A DNA stretch of 43,176 nucleotides, taken from contig CAXRES010000131.1 in NCBI GenBank assembly GCA_964229575.1, positions 1 through 43,176 of the forward strand, given 5' to 3'. The notes beneath the pieces are model-generated. The model did no database searches and was not told where the DNA came from. It saw only the letters and a program-made list of their open reading frames with translations. Below, one piece after another: positions 9,064-18,808 of this stretch. The position numbers and the translations under genes were made by a program. Origin of the DNA: Alphaproteobacteria bacterium (lineage in GTDB: Bacteria > Pseudomonadota > Alphaproteobacteria > SMXQ01). Positions within the stretch are counted from its first letter, which is position 1. Every line of letters begins with the position of its first letter.

Positions 9064-9942
9064 TCAGGACGGACGGTAGAAGGGCCGGTCGCCGATCACG
9101 GCGACGCGCTCCATGTGGCGGCGGTTGGGATAGTAATCGTTCGCCGCGTAATGCTGTGTCGAAGCATTGTCCCACAGCACGATGGTGCCCGGGAACCAGC
9201 GCAGGCGGAACTGGTATTCGGGAACGTGCGCCTGTTCGTAAAGAAGCGCCAGCAGCGCCTTGCTCTCGCTTTCGTTCATGCCCTTGATGTAGAGCGTGAA
9301 CTGCGGGTTGACGTAGAGAATCCTGCGCCCGCTGACCGGGTGCGTGCGCACCACGGGATGCGTCGGGTTGGGGTAGAGTTCCTCCATCCGCCGGAGCTTC
9401 TTCTGGCTTTCCTCGTCCTTGCCGTACAGAGCGCGGAAATTCTGGAAGTCATGCACCGCTTCCAGCCCGTCGATCAATTTCCTGATGGCCGGGCTCAGGC
9501 CGTCGTAGGCCGCGCACATGTCGGCCCACAGCGTGTCGCCGCCCACGGCCGGCATCCTGAGACAGCGCAGGATCGAATATTTTGTCGGGCATTCGCGGAA
9601 GGTGGTGTCCGAATGCCAGACGTCGGTCGACAGCACCGGGTTGTCCTTGTGGTTGTCGAGAACCATGATTTCAGGAAATTCGCCTTCCGGACGGAAGGGA
9701 TGCACTTCCAGTTCGCCGAAGCGCCGGCCGAAGGCGACGTGCTCCGCCGTGGCCAGATGCTGGTCGCGGAGATAGACCACCTTGTGCTCGATCAGCGCCG
9801 CTTCGAGCGCGGCGAAAGCCGCCTCGCCGAGAGGCTGCTTGAGGTCGAGCCCGTGAATTTCCGCCCCGATGGTCGGCCCGATGGGCTCGATCGTGAAAGG
9901 CGCGGCGTTGGCGCCGGGCGACTGCGATGGCTGGATCGACAT
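9064..9942 (-). CDS. TauD/TfdA family Fe(II)/2-oxoglutarate dioxygenase (TauD/AtsK-like)
   Basis: WHSDTTF (HxD), GGDTLWAD, HPVVRTHP, WDN..TQHYA, R-x-M-E-R. Confidence 0.93.
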   Translation of the reverse strand: MSIQPSQSPGANAAPFTIEPIGPTIGAEIHGLDLKQPLGEAAFAALEAALIEHKVVYLRDQHLATAEHVAFGRRFGELEVHPFRPEGEFPEIMVLDNHKDNPVLSTDVWHSDTTFRECPTKYSILRCLRMPAVGGDTLWADMCAAYDGLSPAIRKLIDGLEAVHDFQNFRALYGKDEESQKKLRRMEELYPNPTHPVVRTHPVSGRRILYVNPQFTLYIKGMNESESKALLALLYEQAHVPEYQFRLRWFPGTIVLWDNASTQHYAANDYYPNRRHMERVAVIGDRPFYRPS

Positions 9943-10044
9943 GGCCCGAGCCTAGTGCAGGCCGGGGCCGGCAGGCAAGCGGGCAGCTTGCCGCGCGGCG
10001 GGCGGGGCCGGTATCCTCACGCCTCCGGCCGGGGGGATTTGCCG

Positions 10045-11025
10045 ATGGCGGCTTTGCGCCTGACTTTCGCCTCGGGACCTTACGACAGGTTCCGGGCGCT
10101 GCATGACGGCACGGTGACGATCGAAGGGGTCGATCTCGCCTGCGAAACCCTGTGGCCGCCGCGGCTGATCTTCGACCGGCTGGCGGGCGGCGACGACTTC
10201 GACATTTCGGAGTTTTCCTGCTCCGAGTTCATCGCGCTTCGCGATCGGGGACGCGATCCGTTCGTCGCCATTCCCGTCTTTCCCTCGCGCGTCTTCCGCC
10301 ACGGCTTCATCTGCGTGCGCCGCGACGGCCCGGTGCGCGAGCCCCGCGACCTCGAAGGCCGACGGGTCGGCGTGCCGCTTTATACCCAGACGGCGGCGAT
10401 CTGGGCACGCGGCCTGCTCGCCGACGAATACGGCGTCGACTGCGCGCGCATCCATTGGGTCGAGGGCTCAGTCATGCAGCCGGGCAGGCACGGCGACCCC
10501 GCGGCGAGCCCGATGCGCCGCCCCCCGCCGATCGAGATCAACGAGAGCGGCAAGAGCCTCGCCGGCCTTCTGCTTTCGGGCGGGATCGACGCCATCCTCG
10601 GCACCTTCGTCGACGAGGCGGTGGCGTCGCACCCCGACATCGTCCGCCTGTTCCCCGACTTCAGGGCGCGCGAGAGCGACTATTTCCGGCGCACCGGCGT
10701 CTTCCCCATCATGCATCTTCTTGTCGTTCGCCGCGCGGTGCATGAGGCGCACCCCTGGCTCGCCCGGCGCCTGTTCGATGCCTGCGTGGCGGCCAAGGCC
10801 GAGGCGCGCTCGCGGCTCGCCTCCCAGAACGGCCAGCATGTGATGCTGCCCTGGCTGCTCGCCGACCTGGCGGAGATCGAAAGCCTTTTCGGCGGCGATG
10901 CCTGGCCCTACGGTCTGGCGTCCAATCGCGCGACGCTCGTCACGCTCATGCGCTACATGCGCAAGCAGGGCTTCATCGAACGCGAGATTCCGCTTGAAGA
11001 CCTGTTCCTGCCGGGATTCGACTGA
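10045..11025 (+). CDS. 4,5-dihydroxyphthalate decarboxylase-like protein (binding-protein fold, no signal peptide)
   Basis: GPYDR..AL.DG, FDISEFS, IPVFPSRVFRH, YTQTAAIWARG, FPIMH, WPYG..NR motifs typical of the Pht5/OphC-like family. Confidence 0.8.
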   Translation: MAALRLTFASGPYDRFRALHDGTVTIEGVDLACETLWPPRLIFDRLAGGDDFDISEFSCSEFIALRDRGRDPFVAIPVFPSRVFRHGFICVRRDGPVREPRDLEGRRVGVPLYTQTAAIWARGLLADEYGVDCARIHWVEGSVMQPGRHGDPAASPMRRPPPIEINESGKSLAGLLLSGGIDAILGTFVDEAVASHPDIVRLFPDFRARESDYFRRTGVFPIMHLLVVRRAVHEAHPWLARRLFDACVAAKAEARSRLASQNGQHVMLPWLLADLAEIESLFGGDAWPYGLASNRATLVTLMRYMRKQGFIEREIPLEDLFLPGFD

Positions 11026-11030
11026 ACGCG

Positions 11031-11134
11031 AGAGCAACCCGCGATCGGACGGGATCATCCGATCGCGGAACAGTTGCTCGTCACCAACGAGACAGCGCGT
11101 TGGGCCGCGCCCGATCGGGCGCACGACGCGCTAG
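11031..11134 (+). repeat. ~100-bp two-hairpin intergenic repeat, copy 2
   Basis: AGAGCAACCCGCGATCGGACG-GGAT-CATCCGATCGCGGAACAGTTGCTC...AGCGCGTTGG..GCGCCCG-AT-CGGGCGCACGACGCGCTAG; the terminal CTAG overlaps the permease stop codon. Confidence 0.8.
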
Positions 11135-12858
11135 TTGCGGATGCCGATGCGCAGGCCAAGCGCGCGCGCAATCAGCGCGATCCCCGTCGACAGGATGATG
11201 ACGACAAGCGAGGCGACCGAGGCCGCCTCGTAGCGGCCTTCCACCATGTAGTCGAGCTGGAGAAGCGCGAGCGTCTTGGTCTCCGCCGTCGCCACCAGGG
11301 CGATCGAAGCGATGTCGCGGGCGGCGGATATGAAGTTCATCACGCCCACCAGCAGCAGCACCGGGACCATGATCGGAAGAACGACGCGGGTGAAGGTATG
11401 CCACCAGGTGGCGCCGGCGATGCGCGAGGCTTCTTCGAGTTCGTTGCCGAGCTGCATCATGTTCGACTTGATGATCTGCGTGCCGAGCGTCATCGAGCTG
11501 ACGACGGTGGCGAGGATCAGCAGCCAGACCGTGCCGTAGAGCGGCCGGAACAGCGGCGATTCGAGAAAGACGAAGAGCAGGCCGACGCCGAACAGGATTC
11601 CCGGCCCCGCGAACGGCAGCCAGGAAACGAAATCGAGCAGGGCGCGCGCCCGGAACTGCGTGCGGACGGTGAAATAGGCGACCAGGGAAAACAGCACCAC
11701 AGAGAACACGCCGGCGCCCAGGGAAATGCCCAGGGTATTGATCACGGATTGTTCGAAAACCTCGTCGCCGAGAATCGTCGTCCAGTGTTCCAGGGTATAG
11801 GGGTCGGGAACATTGAAGAAGCCGAACAGCTTCATGGTCGAGGCCAGTCCGACGAAGATCAGCGGCACGACGGTCAGCAGCGCCACGACGGTGAGGACCG
11901 CGACAAACACCGGAATTCGCCAGGGACCAAGCCGCACCGGCTGGGTCTGCAGCTTGCCGGTCAGCGTGGTGTACTGGCGACGCGTCGTTATCCAGCGCTG
12001 GGCGAAGATCAGCGGCAGGATGGCGGCAAGGCCGAGAGTGGCAAGGGCGGACGCCGGGCCGAATTCGGGCGGCTCCTGCGCGATCAGGGTATAGACCTTG
12101 GTCGAATAGACGTAGAACTGGAACGCGGGGCCTAGCACCATCTCGATCTCGAACGATTGCATGGCACGGATCATCGCCATCAGCAGGATGGCGATCAGCG
12201 CCGGCATCATGGCGGGAACGACGATGCGCGCCAATGTGCCGAGACGCCCGGCGCCGGCCACGCGCGAGGCTTCCTCGAGCGACGAATCGATGTTGCGGAA
12301 GGTCGGCGTCAGCAGCATCACCTTGACGGCGATCGAATTGGCGCCGAGATGCGCCCACACGATGCCCCAGAACGAATAGATGTCGAAAGGCGCTTTCTCG
12401 ACGAAGGGGAACAGGAACAGGACGAGCTTGTTGAGCAGGCCGTATTCCGGATCGAGGCACATGATCCAGCCGAGCGTCACCGAGAGCGACGGCAGGAAGA
12501 ACGAAATCCAGAACATGAATTCCAAGCCGCCGCGCCACGGAATATCGGTGCGCGCCAGCACCCAGGCGATGGCCACCGCTATGGGGAAGGAAATCAGGTT
12601 GATGGCGAGGAGCAGCTTGATCGTGTTGACGATGGTGCCGAACATCGCCGGCTCGCGCAGGGCCTTTTGCCAGGCATCCATGCCGAAGACGAAGTCGGCC
12701 CCCGTCTCGGCGCTCGAAAAGCTGTAGAAGACGATCAGAACGACCGGATAGAGGACGAGGAACAGCGTCGTCAGCAGCACCACCGTGAACAGGACGGTGC
12801 GCAGCTCGAACAGGCGGCGGGTGCGGGAGCCCTCGGCGGGCAGGGCTATTTCGGCCAC
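11131..12858 (-). CDS. ABC transporter permease, fused two-domain FbpB/ThiP type
   Basis: Two EAA loops (LEEASRVAGA, LEEASRIAGA), about 12 TM segments; GTG start overlaps the ATPase end. Confidence 0.9.
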   Translation of the reverse strand: MAEIALPAEGSRTRRLFELRTVLFTVVLLTTLFLVLYPVVLIVFYSFSSAETGADFVFGMDAWQKALREPAMFGTIVNTIKLLLAINLISFPIAVAIAWVLARTDIPWRGGLEFMFWISFFLPSLSVTLGWIMCLDPEYGLLNKLVLFLFPFVEKAPFDIYSFWGIVWAHLGANSIAVKVMLLTPTFRNIDSSLEEASRVAGAGRLGTLARIVVPAMMPALIAILLMAMIRAMQSFEIEMVLGPAFQFYVYSTKVYTLIAQEPPEFGPASALATLGLAAILPLIFAQRWITTRRQYTTLTGKLQTQPVRLGPWRIPVFVAVLTVVALLTVVPLIFVGLASTMKLFGFFNVPDPYTLEHWTTILGDEVFEQSVINTLGISLGAGVFSVVLFSLVAYFTVRTQFRARALLDFVSWLPFAGPGILFGVGLLFVFLESPLFRPLYGTVWLLILATVVSSMTLGTQIIKSNMMQLGNELEEASRIAGATWWHTFTRVVLPIMVPVLLLVGVMNFISAARDIASIALVATAETKTLALLQLDYMVEGRYEAASVASLVVIILSTGIALIARALGLRIGIRN

Positions 12859-13934
12859 AGGCTCATTGCCTCCTCGGGCAGGACCAGGGTGACGTCGCGG
12901 TGGCGCAGGCCGGCGGTTTCCGGCGGCCCGTAAATGGTGATCAGCTGATCGCCGACGCGCACCAGGCATTCGGTGCGCTCGCCCTGGTAGAGCACGGTTT
13001 CGATCCGGCCCTTGATGCCTCCCGGCGCGCCGTCGAGCGCCATGCGGACCCGTTCGGGCCGGATCGCCACCGTGACGGCGCCGCCCGGCGCGGGCAGGGC
13101 GCGGCGGCCGACGGGGCAGGCGAGCGGCGCCGAACCGCCCGGAAGGTCGACCCGGGCGCGACCGCCCTCCGTGCCGACGAGGCGGCCCGACAGGGTGATG
13201 GTCTTGCCGAGGAAGTCGCGCACGAATTCGGTCTCCGGCTGTTCGTACAGTTCGCGCGGGGTGCCGACCTGCTCCATCCGGCCGAAGTTCATCAGGGCGA
13301 TGCGGTCGGACAGGCTGAGCGCTTCGGACTGGTCGTGGGTGACGTAGATCAGCGTCAGTCCCAGGCGTTCCTGCAGCAGCTTCAGCTCGAACCGCATCTG
13401 CTCGCGCAGCTTGACGTCGAGGTTCGACAGGGGCTCGTCGAGCAGCAGGACTTCGGGCTCGTAGACCAGCGCGCGGGCGAGCGCCACGCGCTGCTGCTGG
13501 CCGCCCGACAGCTTGGGCGCATCGCGGTCGGCCTGGGCCTCGAGTTCGACCGCCTTGAGGGCGCGCGCTACGCGCTCGCGGATCTCGGCTCCGCCGATAC
13601 CGCGCAGCTTGAGCGGGTAGGCGACGTTTTCCGCCACCGTCATGTGCGGCCAGATGGCGTAGGACTGGAACACCATGCCCATGTTGCGCTTTTCCGGCGG
13701 CACGTTAAGCCTGCGGGCGGAGGAATAGATCGGACGCCCGGCGAGGAGGATTTCCCCTTCGTCGGCATCCTCGAGACCGGCGACGATGCGCAGCGTCGTC
13801 GACTTGCCGCAGCCCGACGGCCCGAGAAGCGTGAACACCTCGCCCTTGCCGATGGTGAAGCCGATGCGGTCGAGCGCCTTGACGCTGCCGAACGACTTGC
13901 TCAGATCCCTGATTTCGATGATTGCTTGGCTCAT
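12846..13934 (-). CDS. ABC transporter ATP-binding protein (FbpC/PotA type, TOBE domain)
   Basis: [28 protein letters not shown]. Confidence 0.95.
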   Translation of the reverse strand: MSQAIIEIRDLSKSFGSVKALDRIGFTIGKGEVFTLLGPSGCGKSTTLRIVAGLEDADEGEILLAGRPIYSSARRLNVPPEKRNMGMVFQSYAIWPHMTVAENVAYPLKLRGIGGAEIRERVARALKAVELEAQADRDAPKLSGGQQQRVALARALVYEPEVLLLDEPLSNLDVKLREQMRFELKLLQERLGLTLIYVTHDQSEALSLSDRIALMNFGRMEQVGTPRELYEQPETEFVRDFLGKTITLSGRLVGTEGGRARVDLPGGSAPLACPVGRRALPAPGGAVTVAIRPERVRMALDGAPGGIKGRIETVLYQGERTECLVRVGDQLITIYGPPETAGLRHRDVTLVLPEEAMSLWPK

Positions 13935-14001
13935 GAACCGTCGGATCGCGACCCTCCGGGGCCGCGGCCCGCCTTAAAGATTTGTACGCAAGACGCGCCG
14001 G

Positions 14002-15132
14002 TTATTCTTCACTTTGCTTTTTCGAACTCTTTTCCTTCTTCGGCATTTCCGCCGTGATGGTTTCCTTGGCGATCTCCATGAGGCGGAGCCGCGTGGCAAA
14101 ACGGGCCTCTTCCTGGCCGTTGAAGTATTTGACGCCGGGACGCGGCGCGAGCGCCGGATCGCCCGGCTTCACGTCGAGCCGGCGCGAATTGCGCGGAACG
14201 CTCGACCACTCTTCCTGGCCCGCCTTGCTGAGCAGCCAGTTGACGTAGACCGCCGCCGCGTTGGGATGCGGCGCGCGGTCGACGACGCCGACGGCGCCGA
14301 AGCCGGAACTTTGCTGCTGCACCTTGTAGAAGCTGTCGGGCAGCGGCCTGATGTTCTTGCCGAGCCCCTGCTTCTGGAAGACATCGAGATCGTTTTCGCC
14401 GACGCCGATGCTGATGGGGAAGCGCCCGCGCACCAGCCATTCGGCGAGCTGCCGGCGGTTCGTGGTGTAGGTGATCTTCTGGCGATACATGGCGCGCAGG
14501 AAATCTTCGCCGAAGTTTTCGTAGATGGTCTGCGAAGAGCCGTTGCCCGAACCGTTGAAGCGCGGATCGTCCCACGCGATCTTGCCGGCGAATTCGGGCT
14601 TCGCCAGGTCCATGATCGAGGTGACGGCGCCCGGCTTGATGAAGTCGTAGTTGATCTGGATCGGGTTCTGGGTGGTGCCGTCGAAGGTGTAGTAATACAT
14701 CTTCTCCTTGTCCATCCAGCCGGCGTCGAAGCCGCCCGACCAGTGCCTGTCGTCCATCGTGTCCTTGGTCAGGAAATCGCGCAGCGGCTGGAATACGCCC
14801 AGCGGCTTGAGCCGCCCGACCGCGGTCGACGGCCCGGAGACCCAGACGTCCCACGCGTAGATGCCGGCCTTGCGCTCGCGCAGCAGCTTGGGCACGTCCG
14901 TGCGCGCCGAAGCGCCGGAGAACTGAACCTTGATATCGGGGTAGGCCTTGTTGAATCCGGCGACAAGGGCGTCGGCGTAGCGCTTGCCCGGCGCGCCGTG
15001 GACCACCACGATGCCTTCGGCCCTGGCTTTGGCCAGAACCGTGTTCCAGTCATCGAGCGCCAGGGCGCCGCCGGCGGGCAGGCCGAAGGCGAGAGCCGCG
15101 AAAGCGGCGACAATGAATTTTGTGAAATTCAT
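14002..15132 (-). CDS. ABC extracellular solute-binding protein (AfuA/SBP_bac_6-8 like)
   Basis: Sec signal peptide, KARAEG.VVV, GKIAWDDP, APHPNAAAVYVNWLLSKAGQ. Confidence 0.88.
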   Translation of the reverse strand: MNFTKFIVAAFAALAFGLPAGGALALDDWNTVLAKARAEGIVVVHGAPGKRYADALVAGFNKAYPDIKVQFSGASARTDVPKLLRERKAGIYAWDVWVSGPSTAVGRLKPLGVFQPLRDFLTKDTMDDRHWSGGFDAGWMDKEKMYYYTFDGTTQNPIQINYDFIKPGAVTSIMDLAKPEFAGKIAWDDPRFNGSGNGSSQTIYENFGEDFLRAMYRQKITYTTNRRQLAEWLVRGRFPISIGVGENDLDVFQKQGLGKNIRPLPDSFYKVQQQSSGFGAVGVVDRAPHPNAAAVYVNWLLSKAGQEEWSSVPRNSRRLDVKPGDPALAPRPGVKYFNGQEEARFATRLRLMEIAKETITAEMPKKEKSSKKQSEE

Positions 15133-15208
15133 TATTTATCTCCCTGCACCAATGATTTGTTGTGTCGAAAGACTTTACATCGACCCGCCGGGATTGTCGA
15201 ATTTTGAG

Positions 15209-15232
15209 GCGAGCCCCGCGCGCGGGGCTCGC
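15209..15232. other. Perfect 24-bp palindrome in a divergent intergenic region
   Basis: GCGAGCCCCGCG|CGCGGGGCTCGC. Confidence 0.6.
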
Positions 15233-15364
15233 TTGAAAGGGCCGCGCTGCAGGAGCACAATTTGCGGCAGTTACAGCAAACGCCGTTCGTCAGGATCGCA
15301 AGACAGCGATCGGCGACGGATGGCGATCGGGAAACGGCGCCGGGCGGCGCGGGGGAAAATCAAA

Positions 15365-16276
15365 ATGGCGCAAATCGTCGGTTGCATGGCCCTGTCACAT
15401 TCGCCGCAGTTGCTGACCCCTTGGGACAAGTGGTCGGAACTTCCCGGCCGCGCGCGCCCCCCGTTTAATCCCAAGCCGGGTATCGAAAGCGACCTCACGC
15501 CGGAAGCCATGCGCGCCCATCAGGACCGCTGCAATGCGGCCATCGCCAGCCTTCGCGCCAGACTCGAATCGTGGAAGCCCGACACCATCGTCATCATCGG
15601 CGACGACCAGCATGAAAACCTGCTGGACGACAACATCCCGCCGTTCACCCTGTACATCGAGGACGAGGTCGACGCGACGCGCAAGTACCGCTATTTCGGC
15701 ACCGACATCCGCAATCAGGCGACGCATTACAGATCGAACGGGGCGCTGGCGCGCGAGATGCTCGGCGGGTTGATGAACGCGGGTTTCGATCCGGCGTGGT
15801 CGAAAAAAACGCGCATGGAGGGCGGCCTCGGCCACGCCTTCGGCCGCGTTCTGGAGTTCGTCCTGCCCAGGGCCGACGTGCCGATCGTCGCGGTGATGGT
15901 CAACACCTACTTCCCGCCGGCGCCGACGGCGGCGCGCTGCGTCGCCTTCGGCAAGGTGCTGGGCGCCGTGGCGCGCGCCTCGATCAACGCCGGGCGCGTG
16001 GTTTTCATCGGATCGGGGGGCCTCAGCCATACCAAGATCGACGAAAAGCTCGACCGGGATTTCATCAGGGCGCTGGAGACGGGCGATCTCGATTTCATGG
16101 CGGCCATGAAATGCGAAGACCTGACCACCGGCACCTCGGAAATCCGCAACTGGATGGTCGCCGCCGCGGCGGCCGGCGCGGGCGGCAGGATGGTCGATTA
16201 CGTGCCCTGCTACCGCAGTCCGCAGGGTGTCGGCTGCGCCATGGGCTTCGCCTACTGGGACCACGTCGCCGCCTGA
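15365..16276 (+). CDS. LigB/MhpB-family (class III) extradiol ring-cleavage dioxygenase-like protein
   Basis: SHSP, GDDQHEN, GHAF, SGGLSH, SEIRNW, YVPCYRS..G.G. Confidence 0.85.
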   Translation: MAQIVGCMALSHSPQLLTPWDKWSELPGRARPPFNPKPGIESDLTPEAMRAHQDRCNAAIASLRARLESWKPDTIVIIGDDQHENLLDDNIPPFTLYIEDEVDATRKYRYFGTDIRNQATHYRSNGALAREMLGGLMNAGFDPAWSKKTRMEGGLGHAFGRVLEFVLPRADVPIVAVMVNTYFPPAPTAARCVAFGKVLGAVARASINAGRVVFIGSGGLSHTKIDEKLDRDFIRALETGDLDFMAAMKCEDLTTGTSEIRNWMVAAAAAGAGGRMVDYVPCYRSPQGVGCAMGFAYWDHVAA

Positions 16277-16290
16277 TCAGGTGCGCCGCG

Positions 16291-16331
16291 AAAAGAAAAG
16301 GGCGGCCCGCAAGGCCGCCCTTCGGCTTTTT
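16291..16331. terminator. Bidirectional intrinsic terminator between convergent genes
   Basis: A-tract + AAGGGCGGCC-CGCAA-GGCCGCCCTT + T-tract. Confidence 0.8.
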
Positions 16332-16348
16332 CGGCAATCGATCGCGGG

Positions 16349-17470
16349 TCAGTTCACCAGTTCGCGGATCAGGTTCTTGGCATCGAGCATCGCCTGGGTC
16401 AGGTCTTCGGTCTGGCCGGAGACCGAATTCCTGTAGTTCTTCCAGTCCAGCTCGCGGTGCTTGTCGACGACGGGCACGTCCTTGCGCCGGCTGTTGACGA
16501 CGACCTGCGGCATGATGCGCGCCTGGGTCTTCTGCGTCAGCAGCCAGTTGACGAAGACGATCGAGGCATTGGGGTGCGGCCGGGGATTGATCACCTGGAT
16601 GCCGTTGACCCCGACCGACCAGATGTCGAGGCCTTCGATCTTGCCCATGTCGATGTCGATGCCGCGCTTGCGGTAGGCGACGATCTGCACATTGGGCAGG
16701 CCGATGCCGATCGGATACTTGCCCGACACGAACCAGTCCATCAGCTGGCGCGCATTCTTGACGATCACCGGCTTCTGCGTGGTGAACAGCTCGCGGATGA
16801 ACTCGGGCCCGATCTTCTTGTAGACCAGCGCCATGCTGACGGCGGTCGAGCCGCCGCGCGGGTTGGCCATGGCGATCTTGCCCTTCCACCTGGGCAGCAG
16901 CAGTTCGCGGATGTCCTTGATCTCGCCGTCCTTGATGAAGGCGCGGTTGGTGTGCGCGAGCGGGCTTTCGTAGGCGCCGAACGACGGCACGTACTTCTTC
17001 GCGTTGTCGAGGAACATGTGGTCGAAGCCGCCGTACCAGTTATTCTCGCCGGCCACCTCCGGCAGGATGAACATGGCGCGCACGTCGGCGAGCCCGCCTT
17101 CCTTGGCCAGCGGATAGACCTGGGTATCGGCGCCGCCGACGCGGATGTCCCAAAGGTGCTTGCCGACTTCGCGCTCCTTGAGAAGGCGCGGCCAGAAGTC
17201 GCGGCTGTCGAAGGGCGTCACGCGCGCCTTGATCTTGGGGTAATCCCTGGTGAAGTCCGAAAGGAGTTGCTGCCACTGCCGTCCCGACGGTCCGGCGATA
17301 TCGACGAGGCCTTCCTTTTCGGCGGCGGCCACCACCTTGTCCCAGCGCGCCTTCCAGTCCTGGGCAAGCGCCGGCACGGGGTGCAGCAGCGTCGCCGCGG
17401 CGGCGCTGCCGGCGAGGCCAAGGGCAAAGTCGCGGCGGCTGATCGGCCACAGGTCGGTCTTGTCGGTCAT
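16349..17470 (-). CDS. ABC extracellular solute-binding protein with Tat signal
   Basis: SRRDFA twin-arginine signal ending ALA; WKGKIAMANP, PHPNASIVFVNWLL. Confidence 0.88.
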   Translation of the reverse strand: MTDKTDLWPISRRDFALGLAGSAAAATLLHPVPALAQDWKARWDKVVAAAEKEGLVDIAGPSGRQWQQLLSDFTRDYPKIKARVTPFDSRDFWPRLLKEREVGKHLWDIRVGGADTQVYPLAKEGGLADVRAMFILPEVAGENNWYGGFDHMFLDNAKKYVPSFGAYESPLAHTNRAFIKDGEIKDIRELLLPRWKGKIAMANPRGGSTAVSMALVYKKIGPEFIRELFTTQKPVIVKNARQLMDWFVSGKYPIGIGLPNVQIVAYRKRGIDIDMGKIEGLDIWSVGVNGIQVINPRPHPNASIVFVNWLLTQKTQARIMPQVVVNSRRKDVPVVDKHRELDWKNYRNSVSGQTEDLTQAMLDAKNLIRELVN

Positions 17471-17527
17471 CGGGAGGTCTCCCTTTTCCTCAATTTTGCG
17501 GACTGCCGCCCTGCGGGAGCGGCGCGC

Positions 17528-18808
17528 CTATTCCGCCGCCTGCGCCTTGCGCGTGCGGGTCTTCCAATATTCCTTCGGATCGACGCTGCGGGGAAGCACT
17601 TCCGACAGCACGACGACGTGCGAACGGTCGCGCCCGGCGGGATCGCGGATCACGCCGCGCGGCTCCTTGCCTTCGGCGACATCGGCGATGGCTTCCAGGA
17701 CCTGGCGCCGGGCGCGCACGATGATGCGGTCGCTGGTCGCAAGATGTTCCCGGGTCCGGTCGGTGATCGGTCCCATCGATTCGGTCGCGAAAGCGTCATG
17801 GACGTTGAACGACCCGCCCATGCCGGTGAAGTTCTCCGTGGCCATCGCCTGCGGATCCTGGAAATAGCGGTTGGCCAGGCTGCGCCGCGTCATCCCGTCG
17901 GGCCCGTAAACATTGCCGAAGCGCGTGCGGTACTTCTCCTTGTCGACCGGACGGACGCGGTTGTAGACGAAGTCGAATCGCATGTTGTTGTAGTCGTCGA
18001 TCGGCACGTGCCAGTGAACCGAGTAGCCCTCGTTCACGCGGCCTTCGTTGCCGACGATGGCGGCGGAACACGGCATGATGAAGTTGGTGATCCGCAAATA
18101 CTGTTTTTCTTCCGGCGCGCGACGGACCGAATAGATGCGCAGCCCGTAATCGGTCTGTTCGAGGTCGAGGTTCGGCCGTCGATCGTCGCCGTAGAACTGG
18201 TCGGCGGATTTTTCGCTGCCCGGCACGGGGCGCGTATCGACCCGCTTGAGCGGGCGGTGCAGGTAGCTGAGGTGTACCGGGTCGATGTTGCCTTCGAGCG
18301 CCTGCAGCCAGTTGCATTCGATGACCGAACGCATCAGGCAGCGGTGATCGTCGCCGGCGGTCAGGAACTCCCAGTCGGGAAATTCCGGCGGCGCGTCCTG
18401 GCCCATATAGGCGAAGATCATGCCGGCCTTTTCCACCAGCGGATAGGACAGGGCCGCGCATTCGTCCTTATAGGTGCTCTCCGGCGGTTCGCCCGGCTGT
18501 TCGATGCACTTGCCCGACACGTCGAACAGCCAGCCGTGATAAAGGCAGCGCAGGCCTCCGTCCTCGATGCGCCCGAAGCTGAGGTCCGTGCAGCGGTGCG
18601 GGCAGCCGCGTTGCAGCAGTCCGGGGCGGCCCGCCTCGTCGCGGAACAGCACCAGGTCTTCGCCCAGATAGCGGACCGGCACGGGGCGTGATCCCGGCGG
18701 CAGTTCCTGCGTGAGACCGACCGGCAGCCAGTAGCGGCGCATCATCTTGCCGCCGGGCGTGCCGGGGCCGACCCGGCACATCATCTCGTTTTCTTCGCGT
18801 GTGGTCAT
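17528..18808 (-). CDS. Rieske oxygenase alpha subunit (phthalate dioxygenase/LigX-like)
   Basis: CPH...CLYH, EGNIDPVHLSYLH, HD; start MTTREENE with GAGG RBS. Confidence 0.93.
   Translation of the reverse strand: MTTREENEMMCRVGPGTPGGKMMRRYWLPVGLTQELPPGSRPVPVRYLGEDLVLFRDEAGRPGLLQRGCPHRCTDLSFGRIEDGGLRCLYHGWLFDVSGKCIEQPGEPPESTYKDECAALSYPLVEKAGMIFAYMGQDAPPEFPDWEFLTAGDDHRCLMRSVIECNWLQALEGNIDPVHLSYLHRPLKRVDTRPVPGSEKSADQFYGDDRRPNLDLEQTDYGLRIYSVRRAPEEKQYLRITNFIMPCSAAIVGNEGRVNEGYSVHWHVPIDDYNNMRFDFVYNRVRPVDKEKYRTRFGNVYGPDGMTRRSLANRYFQDPQAMATENFTGMGGSFNVHDAFATESMGPITDRTREHLATSDRIIVRARRQVLEAIADVAEGKEPRGVIRDPAGRDRSHVVVLSEVLPRSVDPKEYWKTRTRKAQAAE

Noticed and set aside
9115-11025. 636-aa ORF, and similarly the extended ORFs 28025-29920, 14984-16276 and 22976-24025
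   Set aside because: The N-terminal extensions are stop-poor GC-rich shadow frames; true starts were assigned by RBS and family N-termini
16457-18691. Long antisense ORFs (744 aa here; also 569-2500, 6309-8180, 20145-22061, 30862-32679)
   Set aside because: They mirror well-supported genes on the opposite strand, have no motifs, and are expected at this GC content and codon bias
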